This document shows positions 21,078-33,530 of a DNA stretch of 64,000 nucleotides, one piece after another; position 1 is the stretch's first letter; each line of letters begins with the position of its first letter. The translations under genes were made by a program, and so were the position numbers. Origin of the DNA: Macrostomum hystrix (taxonomy: Eukaryota > Animalia > Platyhelminthes); assembly GCA_950097015.1 (NCBI GenBank), contig CATNEN010000007.1, forward strand, positions 12,586,001-12,650,000, written 5' to 3'. The notes beneath the pieces were generated by a model. It worked only from the letters and a program-made list of their open reading frames with translations, was not told the origin of the DNA and did no database searches.

Positions 21078-24000
21078 ATGCTCAGTCTGAACGGCAGCGC
21101 CGAACTGACCCGCCTGAACTCGCAGCGGAAGCCGCAGCAGCCGGGCGGATCGGCTGCGGACGCAGTCTCGGCCGCTGACCGGGTTCTGAGGGCCGCGCAG
21201 CGAGCCGTGGATTCGGCCCTTGGCGGCGGCAGCAGCGGGGCCCAGCCGCAGGAGAGCGAAGAAGCCCTGCGAAATCGGTGGGCATCAGCCTGGCAGGATG
21301 ATGTTCAGGATGATCAAGAGGTTCAAGATGCAGCCTCCGCCGTTGACGTCAGAGCGTCGCATGGTTCCACAACGCTCGACGACCAGTTCTACCTACTGCC
21401 AGCTTCCGCGGCCCACGAGCTGGCAGGTTCACAAGCTGCCGCTGAGCTGCGAAGCAGCGGTCGAATTCCAGACAAGCTGGTGTGGAAGCGGCCGCCTGCT
21501 GGAGCCGTCTTCACTGACGTTATCGACGTGCCCGCGCGGACTGTCGATGGCGTCACCGATGCCGTGGCGGCTGCTACTGATACTGAGCTGGCTGACGAAG
21601 GCATCGCCACAATGACACTGCGAGGCGGCGTTGGTGGCCTACGGCAGGGCGCCGCGTGCGAATCTCCGCCTCAGCGTCTTGGCGATGAGGACGACGATGA
21701 GCGAGGAGATTTCGAGATAACGATGCCTGGTCAGCAGCAGCCGCAGTCTGCTGGAGATGTTGCCGACTGTCGCCGCCTATTAGCCAACCGAAAAGTTGGA
21801 GGCAGCGGCTCCGGCGGCCGGGTCGTTCATCCGCGTGTTCTGCCGCCTCAGCAGCAGCAGCAGCAGCTAGCAGCTACTGCGGCGGCCACTGCCGCGGTGG
21901 CCATGGCGGAGCCTCTGATTCGCGGGCAGCAGCAGGTGGAGGCGAACATCGGCCGCTTGCTGGAGCGTCTGGAACGCTTGGAATCTGACCGGGCGGCCTC
22001 AACTGGTGGTCAGCAGCAGCAGCAGCTCGAGGAGCGCCGATTGAGGGAGCAACTGGACCGTCTGCTAGCTGACCGATTGAGCCAGCTGGAGCAGCTGCAG
22101 CGAGAGCAGCTGCGGATGCAGCAGGAGCTGCTCATGCATCACCATCACTTGCCCATGATTCCAGTCGTACCGCCACCGCCACCGCCACCGCCTCCCCCCA
22201 CGCAGCACCAGCAGCAGTTCTTGCGTCAGCTCGTAGACGAGCGAGCCTCGGATCGCGGACCCCAGCGGCGCCCGGCAGGCGAGTCGACACGCAAGTCGCC
22301 AGGCCCGCAGCCGACCGAGCCGCAGCCCCCGAGTGTCGAACGCGCAGCTCGGGTCGTGTCCGACATTCGCGACGAAGTTCGTGCCATTGTGCGGCGCGGT
22401 GACAGTGAGCTGGGTGGCGGGGTTGCCCGCCTGCTCAGCGAGATCGATAGCATCCGTTCCGACATCCGGGCCCACAAGGACCGCTTCCAGTCTCAGCCGC
22501 CAGCCGAGGCCACCGCTACTGGCACCGGACCTTCCCGCCCGACTTCGATGCTGCCGCAGTACCAGTCCTCTCCGGCCATGTCCGCCATCGAGCCGCCCAC
22601 CGATCGGTCCACGCCAGCCGTGAGCCTCTCTGGATTGTCCCGCTTTGAGATCAATGGCGCCGGTAGCGGCGGCGCGGGCACCGCAGCGGCACCTGAGAAG
22701 AAAAAACGCCGCTCCTACCCGCTAAACGAGTACTTGCGCCGCGACCCGCTGCCCGACCGCAGCGTCTATCCGTCCTACGATAGCGTGCTAGAGGCAGAGC
22801 AGCGTCAGCGAGAAGGCGCTACAGCTGGCGGTCGAGAGGATCCAGTAGCTGCGGCACAGCGAACCCTGCGCGAGGTCAGGCGTCGACAGAAGGCGCTGGA
22901 GACTCATGCCCAGACGGCAGAGCGAAGCCGCGACGGCAAGCTGATCTACTCAATCGTTGACGCTGTATGGAGAGACGAAGTGACGGCCCAGAGGGCCCGG
23001 GTTCGCGCGATTGTTGATGACGTCATCAAGCATGGTGGCGCCTTTCGCCAGCAGGCGGTGCCAGGAGTTCGCAGGACGCGAACGCAGCCGCCTGAGGAGG
23101 TGTCGCTGCCGATCCGGGCGATATTAGATGCGGCGTCTGACGCGGAGCTCGCCCGGCTCTGCACACCTCCGAAGGGCGGCGCGCCCGCAGCCAGCGGTCA
23201 GCGCCAGAAGCTTGGCCCCTGGCAGCGCATGCCCTACATGCACTTTGCTAACGACATAAAGGGCCCCATCACCGCCTTCCCGGGTCGGCCGTCTGAGGAG
23301 CCGCCTCGCCTCCGGGCAGGACCGAGCGGAGCCAGGACGAGCAGACGCGAGCCCCGGCCGCAGCCCGCAACTCGCGAGGAAGCCGTTCAAGCCGGCTCGC
23401 CGCCGCGGGATGATCTTCGCGACGAAGCAGACGAAGATAAGGCTTCTGTAGAGGGCACAGGCGTCCGGCTACCCGGCTTCCAGAGGACTCCAACTCGTCG
23501 CCCTCCGCCCTCTGGCGCCACGAAACGCCGCCCATCCGCTGAAGACGCCGCAGCTGCGTCGAAGCCCGCAGGACGGGTTCGAACAGACGGAACTGCCGAC
23601 GCCATTCGCTCCCGCATGCGCGATGAAGTGCTGGCTGAGGTTCTGGCCCGCATGGCAGATCAGCGCAGGCGTCCTGCTGACGCAGCCCCGGAGCCTGCGA
23701 ACTCGGCTGGACTGGAAGCCCTGATCCGCCGCATGATTCTCTCCGCCCTGCTGGCTCGCGTGGACCGTGCCGTGCGCCGAGTAGCCGGGCGGGATGTTCA
23801 GCCTCCCGGAGGCGCAGCCTGCTCCACCCCCGAGGTTACGCCGCGCGATGACGATGAGCCGCAATCCGTGACCGAGTCGACGCCAACTCCGCCTCCGGCT
23901 CCAGTTGCCGCTGAGCCATCTATTCCGCTTTCGGCTTTACAGTTGCTGCTGCAGCAGCAGCGCCCAGAGCCACCGCAGCCGCCTCCACCACAGCCGAAGC

Positions 24001-25271
24001 CCCGCTCCGCCTCTCCAGACTCTGAGCTTAGCGGTGGCACAGACGACCGGCTCCGGCCCACCGAGGATGCCGTCAGTCTACAATCACGTCACTCTGTCCG
24101 AACACCTACGCCGTCGCTGGAGGAGCCATCGGAGGACACTCCACCGCCTCCGCCACAGCCCGTGGCCCAGTCCTCCCGACTCGACACTGCCTGCCAGACC
24201 CTTCAGGATGCCGTCTCCCAGACTGCCGTGGATGTTGAGGCGCAGACAACTCTGCCTTTAGCTGATTCTCCGCAAGAGTCGGCTGCTCCTGAGGTGCCGC
24301 CCTCCGCCACGCCATCCCCGCCATCGTCTCCGGCCACGCCAACATACGCTGACAGTATCTCCGAGGGCGTCTGGCTTTTGGACCGCAGCGAAGGCCAGGC
24401 CCCCAATATCCAGGTCGCCGCAGAGGCCCGCCAGCTACTGGGCCAGCTTGACGCCAGTAACGGCGAGGCCGGCTTCGACCTCACCGCCGACCTGTCGCTG
24501 GCGGACCAGCCGACGCGTAGTGAGGGCGAATTTCCTCGCCGTGCGCCGTCACATCGACCGGACCCGCGGCGTGATCCCGTACTGGCCGTCATCGCAGGCA
24601 GCGGTGGCCGCCCGCTCTACCCGCCACCACCTGGCCGACGTCAGCGGCCGGACGTTGCCGCCGTGGCAGCGGCTGCTGCAGCTGCAGCTGCCATTGCCGA
24701 CTATGATGACAGTTCGGCCGGGTCATCGCTATCGGAGCCAGCTGGCCCCGAAAATGGCGACGACGTGACCGACGTTATCGCCGACGACGACGACGACGCC
24801 GAGCTGCCGCCGACGCCACCTCCGCCACCCGTGCCGTTGCCTTCGCGGCCACCTGCGCCGCCGTCATCGTCTTCATACCGGCCCGCCCCGGCCTCGAGCG
24901 CCCGCGCCAGCCATCCGGAGGAGCCGCTCCGACCCAGTCAGTCGCCGCCCGCTCAACGCGAGTCCTTGCGGCTGCGTGACAGCGCCGACGATGGCACCGC
25001 CATGGCCAGCACCGCCGAGTTCCACACTGAGGCCACGGACAGGCCGGACGTGGACCCGGACGCCTACCTGGGCCTGAGCAGCACCGCCACCAACCTGCTC
25101 AGCACCAACCAGGCCATCCAGGATGCCTTCGCTGCCACCGCGGACTCGGCCAGCCTGGCCACCACCGGGCCGCGCCGCCTCACCGTGAACATGCCCGGCC
25201 TTGACCCTGTTGCCGGCAGCAGCCCGGATGATGACAGCGTCAGCGAGATCTCCCTGGGCGGTGAGCCCTAA
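21078..25271 (+). CDS. KIAA0586: TALPID3 (KIAA0586) homolog, centriole/basal-body ciliogenesis protein, ~1397 aa in one ORF
   Basis: AATAAATAAVAMAEPLIRGQQQVEANI followed by coiled coil, and AQRTLREVRRRQKALETHAQTAERSRDGKLIYSIVDAV...RARVRAIVDDVI, resemble the two conserved TALPID3 blocks. C-terminal SEG motifs. Acceptor TTTCAG ends at 21067 and the ATG is at 21078 (the track start at 21015 lies in the repeat). Confidence 0.78.
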   Translation: MLSLNGSAELTRLNSQRKPQQPGGSAADAVSAADRVLRAAQRAVDSALGGGSSGAQPQESEEALRNRWASAWQDDVQDDQEVQDAASAVDVRASHGSTTLDDQFYLLPASAAHELAGSQAAAELRSSGRIPDKLVWKRPPAGAVFTDVIDVPARTVDGVTDAVAAATDTELADEGIATMTLRGGVGGLRQGAACESPPQRLGDEDDDERGDFEITMPGQQQPQSAGDVADCRRLLANRKVGGSGSGGRVVHPRVLPPQQQQQQLAATAAATAAVAMAEPLIRGQQQVEANIGRLLERLERLESDRAASTGGQQQQQLEERRLREQLDRLLADRLSQLEQLQREQLRMQQELLMHHHHLPMIPVVPPPPPPPPPPTQHQQQFLRQLVDERASDRGPQRRPAGESTRKSPGPQPTEPQPPSVERAARVVSDIRDEVRAIVRRGDSELGGGVARLLSEIDSIRSDIRAHKDRFQSQPPAEATATGTGPSRPTSMLPQYQSSPAMSAIEPPTDRSTPAVSLSGLSRFEINGAGSGGAGTAAAPEKKKRRSYPLNEYLRRDPLPDRSVYPSYDSVLEAEQRQREGATAGGREDPVAAAQRTLREVRRRQKALETHAQTAERSRDGKLIYSIVDAVWRDEVTAQRARVRAIVDDVIKHGGAFRQQAVPGVRRTRTQPPEEVSLPIRAILDAASDAELARLCTPPKGGAPAASGQRQKLGPWQRMPYMHFANDIKGPITAFPGRPSEEPPRLRAGPSGARTSRREPRPQPATREEAVQAGSPPRDDLRDEADEDKASVEGTGVRLPGFQRTPTRRPPPSGATKRRPSAEDAAAASKPAGRVRTDGTADAIRSRMRDEVLAEVLARMADQRRRPADAAPEPANSAGLEALIRRMILSALLARVDRAVRRVAGRDVQPPGGAACSTPEVTPRDDDEPQSVTESTPTPPPAPVAAEPSIPLSALQLLLQQQRPEPPQPPPPQPKPRSASPDSELSGGTDDRLRPTEDAVSLQSRHSVRTPTPSLEEPSEDTPPPPPQPVAQSSRLDTACQTLQDAVSQTAVDVEAQTTLPLADSPQESAAPEVPPSATPSPPSSPATPTYADSISEGVWLLDRSEGQAPNIQVAAEARQLLGQLDASNGEAGFDLTADLSLADQPTRSEGEFPRRAPSHRPDPRRDPVLAVIAGSGGRPLYPPPPGRRQRPDVAAVAAAAAAAAAIADYDDSSAGSSLSEPAGPENGDDVTDVIADDDDDAELPPTPPPPPVPLPSRPPAPPSSSSYRPAPASSARASHPEEPLRPSQSPPAQRESLRLRDSADDGTAMASTAEFHTEATDRPDVDPDAYLGLSSTATNLLSTNQAIQDAFAATADSASLATTGPRRLTVNMPGLDPVAGSSPDDDSVSEISLGGEP

Positions 25272-26240
25272 ATCCTCTTCATTTGCAAAGGCCTGCGTGT
25301 GCGAATCGGGCTGGCTTCCCGACAACAACTGAACCAACCTGAGCTAGATTTTGCCCATTCCCATCTACCTGCGCTGCGCGCCGCTGTGTGGCGCCCACCC
25401 TCCCAGTGCTGATTCACTGCTCTGTGCGATTCCGTCCCGCTGTCACCGAAATATTCCGCTCTTATTTTTTACTTTGAAATCAATTTTATTAGCGCATTGT
25501 TTAGCAACCTTTTTAACTTTCATTTCCATCTGTAACTCCAAATACTTGGCTGTGTTTCACCGGCCCTGTCAGCCTATTATTATCTATCAAGCAAATACAA
25601 GCCTTCAGGTGCGCTACCGTCCTTTTATAATCAGAAAGCACCCAAATTCCTGTTCCGGCCGCGCTAAGTGAACCAGTGAATCGATGTGCTGCAGTTTTGT
25701 TTATTTCTTCTGCTGCTCAGGCTTTCAGTTGCTGAGCAAATCTGTCAGGCGGCCCGTGCCTGATCGGAGCGGAATTTCGACGGCATTGTCTGCGGTATCT
25801 GGGGTCAGCCGCGACTGTCCAACTGTGAGCACTAAAATGCCTTTTATCTCACCTTGCCCTAGACCAGCCTGTTTGAGCTCCGAGCTCTGCCGAGGGCGCT
25901 TGCAACACCAGGTCAAACTTTGGCTATCAAAGCTGGTTAAACACCTCAGTGTGGCTGTAATAATGAGTGTTTCTGTTCAATTACTTTGATACTTGCGCTA
26001 CAGCAGACTCTTGTGCGCATCTCAGTCCTAGCATGGCTGAGGATGTCACAGGCTGGCATTCACAGCCAAGCAACTGCATGCTCTCCATGCGCCTCTTCTG
26101 TGCTATTTGAAGCGATTCCGCATCCACTCAACGCTGCGAACCGGAACCAGGTGTGGACGAGACGATATTCTCAATGCAGTCCAGCGAGCTAACATATGCC
26201 AGTAGCAAAACAAATACTTCATCTTCCTACAGCTTTACCG

Positions 26241-26526
26241 ATAGTAGTATAGTCTGATTATGATAAACATGATAGTAGTATAGTCTGATTATGATAAACA
26301 TGATAGTAGTATAGTCGGATTATGATAAACATGATAGTAGTATAGTCTGATTATGATAAACATGATAGTAGTATAGTCGGATTATGATAAACATGATAGT
26401 AGTATAGTCTGATTATGATAAACATGATAGTAGTATAGTCTGATTATGATAAACATGATAGTAGTATATTCGGATTATGATAAACATGATAGTAGTATAG
26501 TCTGATTATGATAACCAAGATAGTAG
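26241..26526. repeat. 31-bp minisatellite, ~9 copies, between the convergent gene trains
   Basis: ATAGTAGTATAGTCTGATTATGATAAACATG repeated. Confidence 0.95.
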
Positions 26527-27198
26527 CCTACCCAAAGTTCACTGCCAACCCAAAACTGTCCCAATTATCCCATTAATCCAGTTAATTAAGCTGTCCCTCC
26601 CGACCCCAAGTTGTCCTTGTCCACCCAAAACTGTCCCCGCCAAAATCCTAAACCCACCAGGTCATCCTTGGCAAAGAAATAAGACAAAGCGCAGTTTGGT
26701 CAGGTGGCTGTCACGTGATTGCAGGTCGTTCAGCTGATCTGTACGCACTCGCGCAGTTAGTTATGTACAGCAGTGCTCATTGTTCGGCTGTGTTCACACA
26801 GGGACCGGAAGGCAAGGCGTCGAATAGCAAAATAAATTTCCGAGCTTACCGTACTCAGCTGGAGTGAGCGAGCTGAGAGCACATTCACCATGAATATCTG
26901 AGATCAAGTCTGACTGGCTTAGCAAGCAACCATTTATCCGGACCTTTGGATCATCCGTGTACATGAAAACTAAATAAATACACGAGCTCAGTGTGAATGA
27001 ATAGCGGGAATCAACCGCGCAGGAAATCGAGCCAAATCACAGGTGCGCAGTCTTTGTAGTCCAAACTGCCCCGCGCACTCCGAATCACAGGTGTAGTCAG
27101 CTTGGTTTGGCCTGATTTCCATGCCGAGATGTGTCGTAGGTTTTGAGCTGTCTTCAGGCGGTCAGCAGCCGAGGCTGGCGGCAAGGAGGTGGCGCAGC

Positions 27199-27917
27199 CT
27201 AGAATCGAGACGGCGGTGGCGGAGCCGGTGGCAGCGCAGGAGTTCGCTCAAAGTTCGAGCTCGATGACTCTGAGTCCGAGTCTCCCGATGTTGCTGCTGC
27301 TGCGGCAGCGTTTGCTGCTGCTGCAGCGGCGGTGGCAGCGACTGCCGCATTGCTGGCTGCTGAAGTGACGTAGTGCAGCGCGCAGGTCGCCTCCTCCTCT
27401 GCGTCTGTCCTTGGCGACAGTCGGTGCAGGTGGTCCAGCACCCACTGCTGGTGAGTCAGCTTGAGGTTGAGCGTGGAGTTCTCCGCCTCCAGCAGTGCCA
27501 GCCGCCGGTGCAGCCGGTTCAGCTCGCACTGCAGGCCGCCACCGCCGCCTGCCTCCCCTCCCGGAGTCGGTGGATCCACGTACAGTCGAGGCGGCGACAT
27601 CAAAGTTGACGGTGGCATGAAGGAGGTCGGCGACATTAAAGAAGGCGCCGGTGGGGGAGGCGGCGGAGGCTGCGCTGCGGGCGCCGGCGCTTCTTCGCTG
27701 CGGTGCAGACCGGGCGCGAGGCCGCAGTTGGCTGAGTTGCTTCTGTGCTGGTTGGCGTGCAGCTCGAAGCTGGAGCAGTGCGTCCGGTACAGCAGCTGGT
27801 TGATCCCGCAGCCACCAGGGCAGCAGCCGGACCGCGCCGCCAGCGTCATTGCCTCGATGGGCACCTTGCCGCTGGACTCCACCAGGCCCGGCGTGCTCTG
27901 GCTGCGGTTGAGGCTCG
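27199..27917 (-). CDS. CNG channel, exon 4 (C-terminal tail with coiled coil, stop codon)
   Basis: Acceptor CCCTCAG at 27918-27920. Phase 1 joins exon 3 to give PIEEASLNRSQSTPGLVESSGKVP. Heptad-like ELNRLHRRLALLEAENSTLNLKL. Confidence 0.75.
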
Positions 27918-28048
27918 CTGAGGGCGGGTGTGGGTTGTTCATTGCTCTGCTGTCTCACTGGCTATGAAAAACTTAACTGACTACTGAAAGTCTCTCCGCA
28001 GTTCTATTTGGAACGTCAAAATTAACGGACAATAACTTTATAAGGGGT

Positions 28049-28220
28049 GAAATTTCATGACTTGAATGCAAGCGTGAGATCTTGTGGCTTGAATGCAAGG
28101 GTGAGATCTTGTGGCTTGAATGTCAAGGGTGAGATCTCGTGGCTTGAATATAAGGGTGAGATCTCGTGGCTTGAATGCAAGGGTGAGATCTTGTGGCTTG
28201 AATATAAATAAGTGTGAGAT
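28049..28220. repeat. ~27-29-bp tandem repeat, ~5-6 copies, in CNG intron 3
   Basis: TGGCTTGAATGCAAGGGTGAGATCTTG repeated. Confidence 0.85.
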
Positions 28221-28878
28221 CGCCGTTGGGCTACTGGAATGGGCAGAATCTGGGCAGGCTGATGCTCCTTGCAGCCAAGTCAAGGGGTTGAGATGGTCTA
28301 AGCCTATGGTCTAAGGAATAGATCTGGGGTCTTCTTCAATTCAATTGTGAGATCCATTCTCTGAAAGATCTCCTGGCGTCGCAGTCTGCATGCCGCGCCG
28401 TCCAAGTCTCATTTGCCAGTTCTCGGCTTTCTTCAAAGGCTCAGCAGCGCTGCGGCTGATTTGTCACGAAATGGCGGGAGCTCGCGCTAGTGAAAGCAAG
28501 CGAAGCCTATTTCCTGCTCTGCTCCACGCCTGTGGGCAGGCGGGCAATAAATTAAATTTCCGAGTCCCTCGGGGGAGACAGGGCCGGCAATAAAGCCGCA
28601 GAAAGTTAATGAACGGCCCGCAACACCGAATCACCTGACGCCTGATTTCTCACCGGGATCGATGTTTCGGGGCTCTTGGCACACGCAGCTTGTGACCCGA
28701 GTTGCCTGATTTGGACCGACAGTCGGGTGTAAGGTTCTGCGGCTCTAAGGCGCTGGACATGCTAGCAGACAATACCTGACTCCGCCGTCCCGATTTACCA
28801 AAATAGCCACCCCACTCCCCGATCTTCTGATTGGTCGCACGAGTTCAGAAGACTCATCTTACGGTAGGCTATACTCAC

Positions 28879-29184
28879 CCTCCTCAATCGGCTTCTTTTT
28901 AAAGGCCTGCAACCGCTTGGCCGCAATGGCTTCCAGCTTGACCCTGGCTGCCGGGTAGTCCTTCAACACATCCCACAGGTCTGTCTTGGACAGGCAGAAC
29001 AGGTCCGAGTAGCCCACGGACTTCACTGAGGCTGTGCGCCGGTTGCCCATTGTGCCCATGTTGAGGATGGAGAGCTCGCCGAAGTAACTGCCGGGCCGCA
29101 GAGTGGCCAGCACCTTCTTGCAGTCCTCGGCGACGACCTGTAGTTTGCCGCGGCTGATGATGTACATGTGCTTGCCCACCTCGC
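28879..29184 (-). CDS. CNG channel, exon 3 (cyclic-nucleotide-binding domain)
   Basis: GEVGKHMYIISRG...GSYFGELSILNMG..GNRRTASVKSVGYSDLFCLSK. CAG acceptor at 29185-29187 and GTGAGT donor at 28878. Confidence 0.93.
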
Positions 29185-29526
29185 CTGTGGGTGGGTGAGG
29201 TCGCGATGCGTTTTGGGTGGAATGAGACACAGGGAATTCTGATCCTTCCCTGCGACTCATGATGACTGAAGAAGATCGATGATGCTTGCGTGATGATCTC
29301 AGTTGTTAGCACCCAATGTGCGCTGTGCATGTACTGTACTGTAACGTGATTGCTTAGAGCATTGTCTAGCACTGCATTATCCAATGCACGAACCCATTAT
29401 CCAATGAACTTTTTCTGAATTTGTACGCTGCTCTCAAATATATATATATATAGGCTATCCTCAGAACTATAAAGTAACTTGGATTTTCGCCACCGCTGTG
29501 TCAAAGTCATTGCAGTTTGTGATCAC

Positions 29527-31008
29527 AAAGATAATCCAAGAAGATACAAGATGATCCAAGATGATCCAAGATAATCCAATATAATCCAAGATGATCCAAG
29601 ATGATCCAAGATAATCCAAGATGACCCAAGATGACCGAAGATGATCCAAGATAATCCAAGATAATTCCAATATAATCCAAGATGATCCAAGATAATCCAA
29701 GATAATTCCAATATGATCCAAGAAGATCCAAGATAATCCAAGATAATCAAAGATAATCCAAAATGATCCAAGATAATCCAAGAAGATCCAAGATAATCCA
29801 AGATGATCCAAGATGATCCAAGATGACCCAAGATAATCCAAGATAATCCAAGATAATTCCAATATGATCCAAGAAGATCCAAGATAATCCAAGATAATCC
29901 AAGATAATCCAAAATGATCCAAGATAATCCAAGATAATCCAAGATAATCCAAGATAATCCAAGATGATCCAAGATAATCCAAGATAGTCCTAAATGATCC
30001 AAGATGATCCAAGATAATCCAAGATAATCCAAGATAATCCAAGAAGATCCAAGATAATCCAAGATGATCCAAGATAATCCAAGATAATCCAAGATAGTCC
30101 TAAATGATCCAAGATGATCCAAGATAATCCAATATAATTCCAATATAATCCAAGATGATCCAAGATAATCCAAGATAATCCAAGATAATCCTAAATGATC
30201 CAAGATAATTTAAGATAATCCAAGATAATTCAAGATACACTTGTATTTCCAATATAATCCAAGATGATCCAAGATAATACAAGATAATCCAAAATGATCC
30301 AAGATAATCCAAGATAATCCTAAATGATCCAAGATAATCCAAGATAATCCTAAATGATCCAAGATAATTTAAGATAATCCAAGATAATTCAAGATACACT
30401 TGTATTTCCAATATAATCCAAGATGATCCAAGATAATACAAGATAATCCAAAATGATCCAAGATAATCCAAGATAATCCTAAATGATCCAAGATGATCCA
30501 AGATAATCCAAGATAATCCAAGATAATCCTAAATGATCCAAGATGATCCAAGATAATCCAAGATAATCCTAAATGATCCAAGATGATCCAAGATAATCCA
30601 AGATAATCCAAGATAATCCTAAATGATCCAAGATGATCCAAGATAATCCAAGATAATCCAAGATAATCCTAAATGATCCAAGATAATTTAAGATAATCCA
30701 AGATAATTCAAGATACACTTGTATTTCCAATATAATCCAAGATGATCCAAGATAATACAAGATAATCCAAAATGATCCAAGATAATCCAAGATAATCCTA
30801 AATGATCCAAGATAATCCAAGATAATCCTAAATGATCCAAGATGATCCAAGATAATCCAAGATAATCCAAAGTGATCCAAGATAATCCAAGATGACCCAA
30901 GATAATCCAAAGTGATCCAAGATAATGCAAGATGACCCACGATAATCCAAGATGATCCAAGATGACCCAAGATGATCCAAGATGATCCAAAAGAATCCAA
31001 GATGACCC
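29527..31008. repeat. 10-bp satellite GAT(A/G)ATCCAA, ~145 units, with higher-order blocks
   Basis: The variant block TTCAAGATACACTTGTATTTCCAATATAATCC recurs at ~30230, ~30390 and ~30710. Confidence 0.95.
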
Positions 31009-31833
31009 CAGAGGATGGATCAAACATGAACGGACCCTTTTGACCCCGTTGTGCAAGGGTTAGCAGGGAGCCGGTCCTTGCTTTTCTGGGCTGAGATGGG
31101 AATGGGATATTGCCCAGCAGTTGTTGGCATGTTGGAAGCTGCCAATTTCTGTTCAGCTCGTTTAGTGCAGGCAGTCCAGCCTTTGGCCCCTCATTCGCAG
31201 CGCTGCTGGCTTCATCAAAGCAAATCAGGGCGAATGGAGGAACGCGGCGAGTCGCGGGCACAGACAATTCAATGAATGAGCGAGTGAGCGGATGGAGAGC
31301 AGCAAAAGTGCATTGGCGGCCGGGGGCTGCGTAAACAGGTTTCTTTTAGCGTGGCAAATTTCTGACAAATAATGCCCGCAAGAAACTATGGCCCCAGCCC
31401 CATGAGGGGATTATGATCCCTAATTTTTCACCCGCCATCCACCTGCGCAGTATCAGTCAGTGGGAGGAGAAGCGGTGGGTCTGGTATCTTCCCCACGCCA
31501 GGCAGTGTCTGGGATTTTAGATCAGCGCTTATCGCCGTTGGCCCACAAATGTCAGTTGTGCCCGAGCGGGCGGAGCGGGTCGGGCGGCGCCTTATCGCCC
31601 GGATTGTGCACAGAACGTGTCCACCGCAGCGACCCGACAGTCCCCCGAGCTGAGCGGCTGAGCGCCTCTTCACGTCACGTGACTTCATTTTCTCACGCTG
31701 CCAGGGAAGTAGCAGAGGATATTCGTGCGACCCTGAAGACCCGGTGACTTGGCAGTGCGTTGCCGCAATGCACTTTGCGAGATCAGCCTATGCTCCAGTT
31801 GCTATTGAATGCTGAAGCTGCATATGAACACTA

Positions 31834-32947
31834 TGTATCTACCTGGATACCGACGGACCAGATGGGGTATCTACCTGGATACCGACGGACCAGATGGGGT
31901 ATCTACCTGGATACCGACGGACCAGATGGGGTATCTACCTGGATACCGACGGACCAGATGGGGTATCTACCTGGATACCGACGGACCAGATGGGGTATCT
32001 ACCTGGATACCGACGGACCAGATGGGGTATCTACCTGGATACCGACGGACCAGATGGGGTATCTACCTGGATACCGACGGACCAGATGGGGTATCTACCC
32101 GGATACCGACGGACCAGATGGGGTATCTGCCTGGATGCTGACGGACCAGATGGGGTATCTACCTGGATACCGACGGACCAGATGGGGTATCTACCTGGAT
32201 GCTGACGGACCAGATGGGGTATCTACCTGGATGCTGACGGACCAGATGGGGTATCTACCTGGATACCGACGGACCAGATGGGGTATCTACCTGGATGCTG
32301 ACGGACCAGATGGGGTATCTACCTGGATACCGACGGACCAGATGGGGTATCTGCCTGGATACCGACGGACCAGATGGGGTATCTACCCGGATACCGACGG
32401 ACCAGATGGGGTATCTACCTGGATACCGACGGACCAGATGGGGTATCTACCCGGATACCGACGGACCAGATGGGGTATCTGCCTGGATGCTGACGGACCA
32501 GATGGGGTATCTGCCTGGATACCGACGGACCAGATGGGGTATCTACCTGGATGCTGACGGACCAGATGGGGTATCTATCTGGATGCTGACGGACCAGATG
32601 GGGTATCTGCCTGGATACCGACGGACCAGATGGGGTATCTGCCTGGATACCGACGGACCAGATGGGGTATCTGCCTGGATACCGACGGACCAGATGGGGT
32701 ATCTGCCTGGATGCTGACGGACCAGATGGGGTATCTACCTGGATGCTGACGGACCAGATGGGGTATCTACCTGGATGCTGACGGACCAGATGGGGTATCT
32801 ACCTGGATGCTGACGGACCAGATGGGGTATCTGCCTGGATACCGACGGACCAGATGGGGTATCTGCCTGGATACTGACGGACCAGATGGGGTATCTGCCT
32901 GGATACCGACGGATCAGATGGGGTATCTGCCTGGATACTGACGGACT
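31834..32947. repeat. 32-bp minisatellite, ~35 copies, in CNG intron 2
   Basis: GTATCTACCTGGATACCGACGGACCAGATGGG repeated. Confidence 0.95.
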
Positions 32948-32997
32948 GGGTGGAGCATCTGCCTGGGTACTGATGAATAACTAAGCGCCGAGCTCAC

Positions 32998-33291
32998 CTT
33001 TGCGGCAGACGAAGTCCCCTGGGGAGAAGAGCACAGGCCTCAGACGCAGCACCAGGTCGGACAGGAAGCCCTCCTCGGTGTTCTGGAACATCTCCACCTT
33101 CTTGAGCGTGTCCAGATGCACGTGAATAGCCATCTCGGCTTTGAGCTTGTCCGGCAGCAGCGACAAGATCTTCTCCTCGTCCACGGTCTTGTGTGAGCTC
33201 CACAGGTAGTCGAACCAACGGATGACCTTGGACTGCAGGCTCTGCGGAACTCTGCGCAGGTTCATGTAGACCTTCACGGCATCCAGGTGGG
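32998..33291 (-). CDS. CNG channel, exon 2 (C-linker)
   Basis: [30 protein letters not shown]...[21 protein letters not shown]...[10 protein letters not shown]. Phase-1 GT-AG boundaries on both sides. Confidence 0.93.
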
Positions 33292-33530
33292 CTGCGGGCG
33301 GATGGGCGGGCGGGTCGGGGTTAGCTGTGGGCTGGCTGATGGGCTGCGGGCAGGTGGAACTGCGCTCGTCCTCGGAGATTGACTTGAACTCATGGATTGA
33401 TTTGGCAGTTGATACGGCTGGAAAGCCGTCCGAGTCAGCATCGTCGAGATATATTCAGCGATTCTTGTCGAAGATCGCGGTGACAACAAAGGTCAACTAA
33501 CATTGAATATCTCGACGATGCCGACGTTTC

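Noticed and set aside
27199-27958. Stand-alone 247-aa gene
   Set aside because: A phase-compatible acceptor at 27918 makes it the last exon of the CNG channel.
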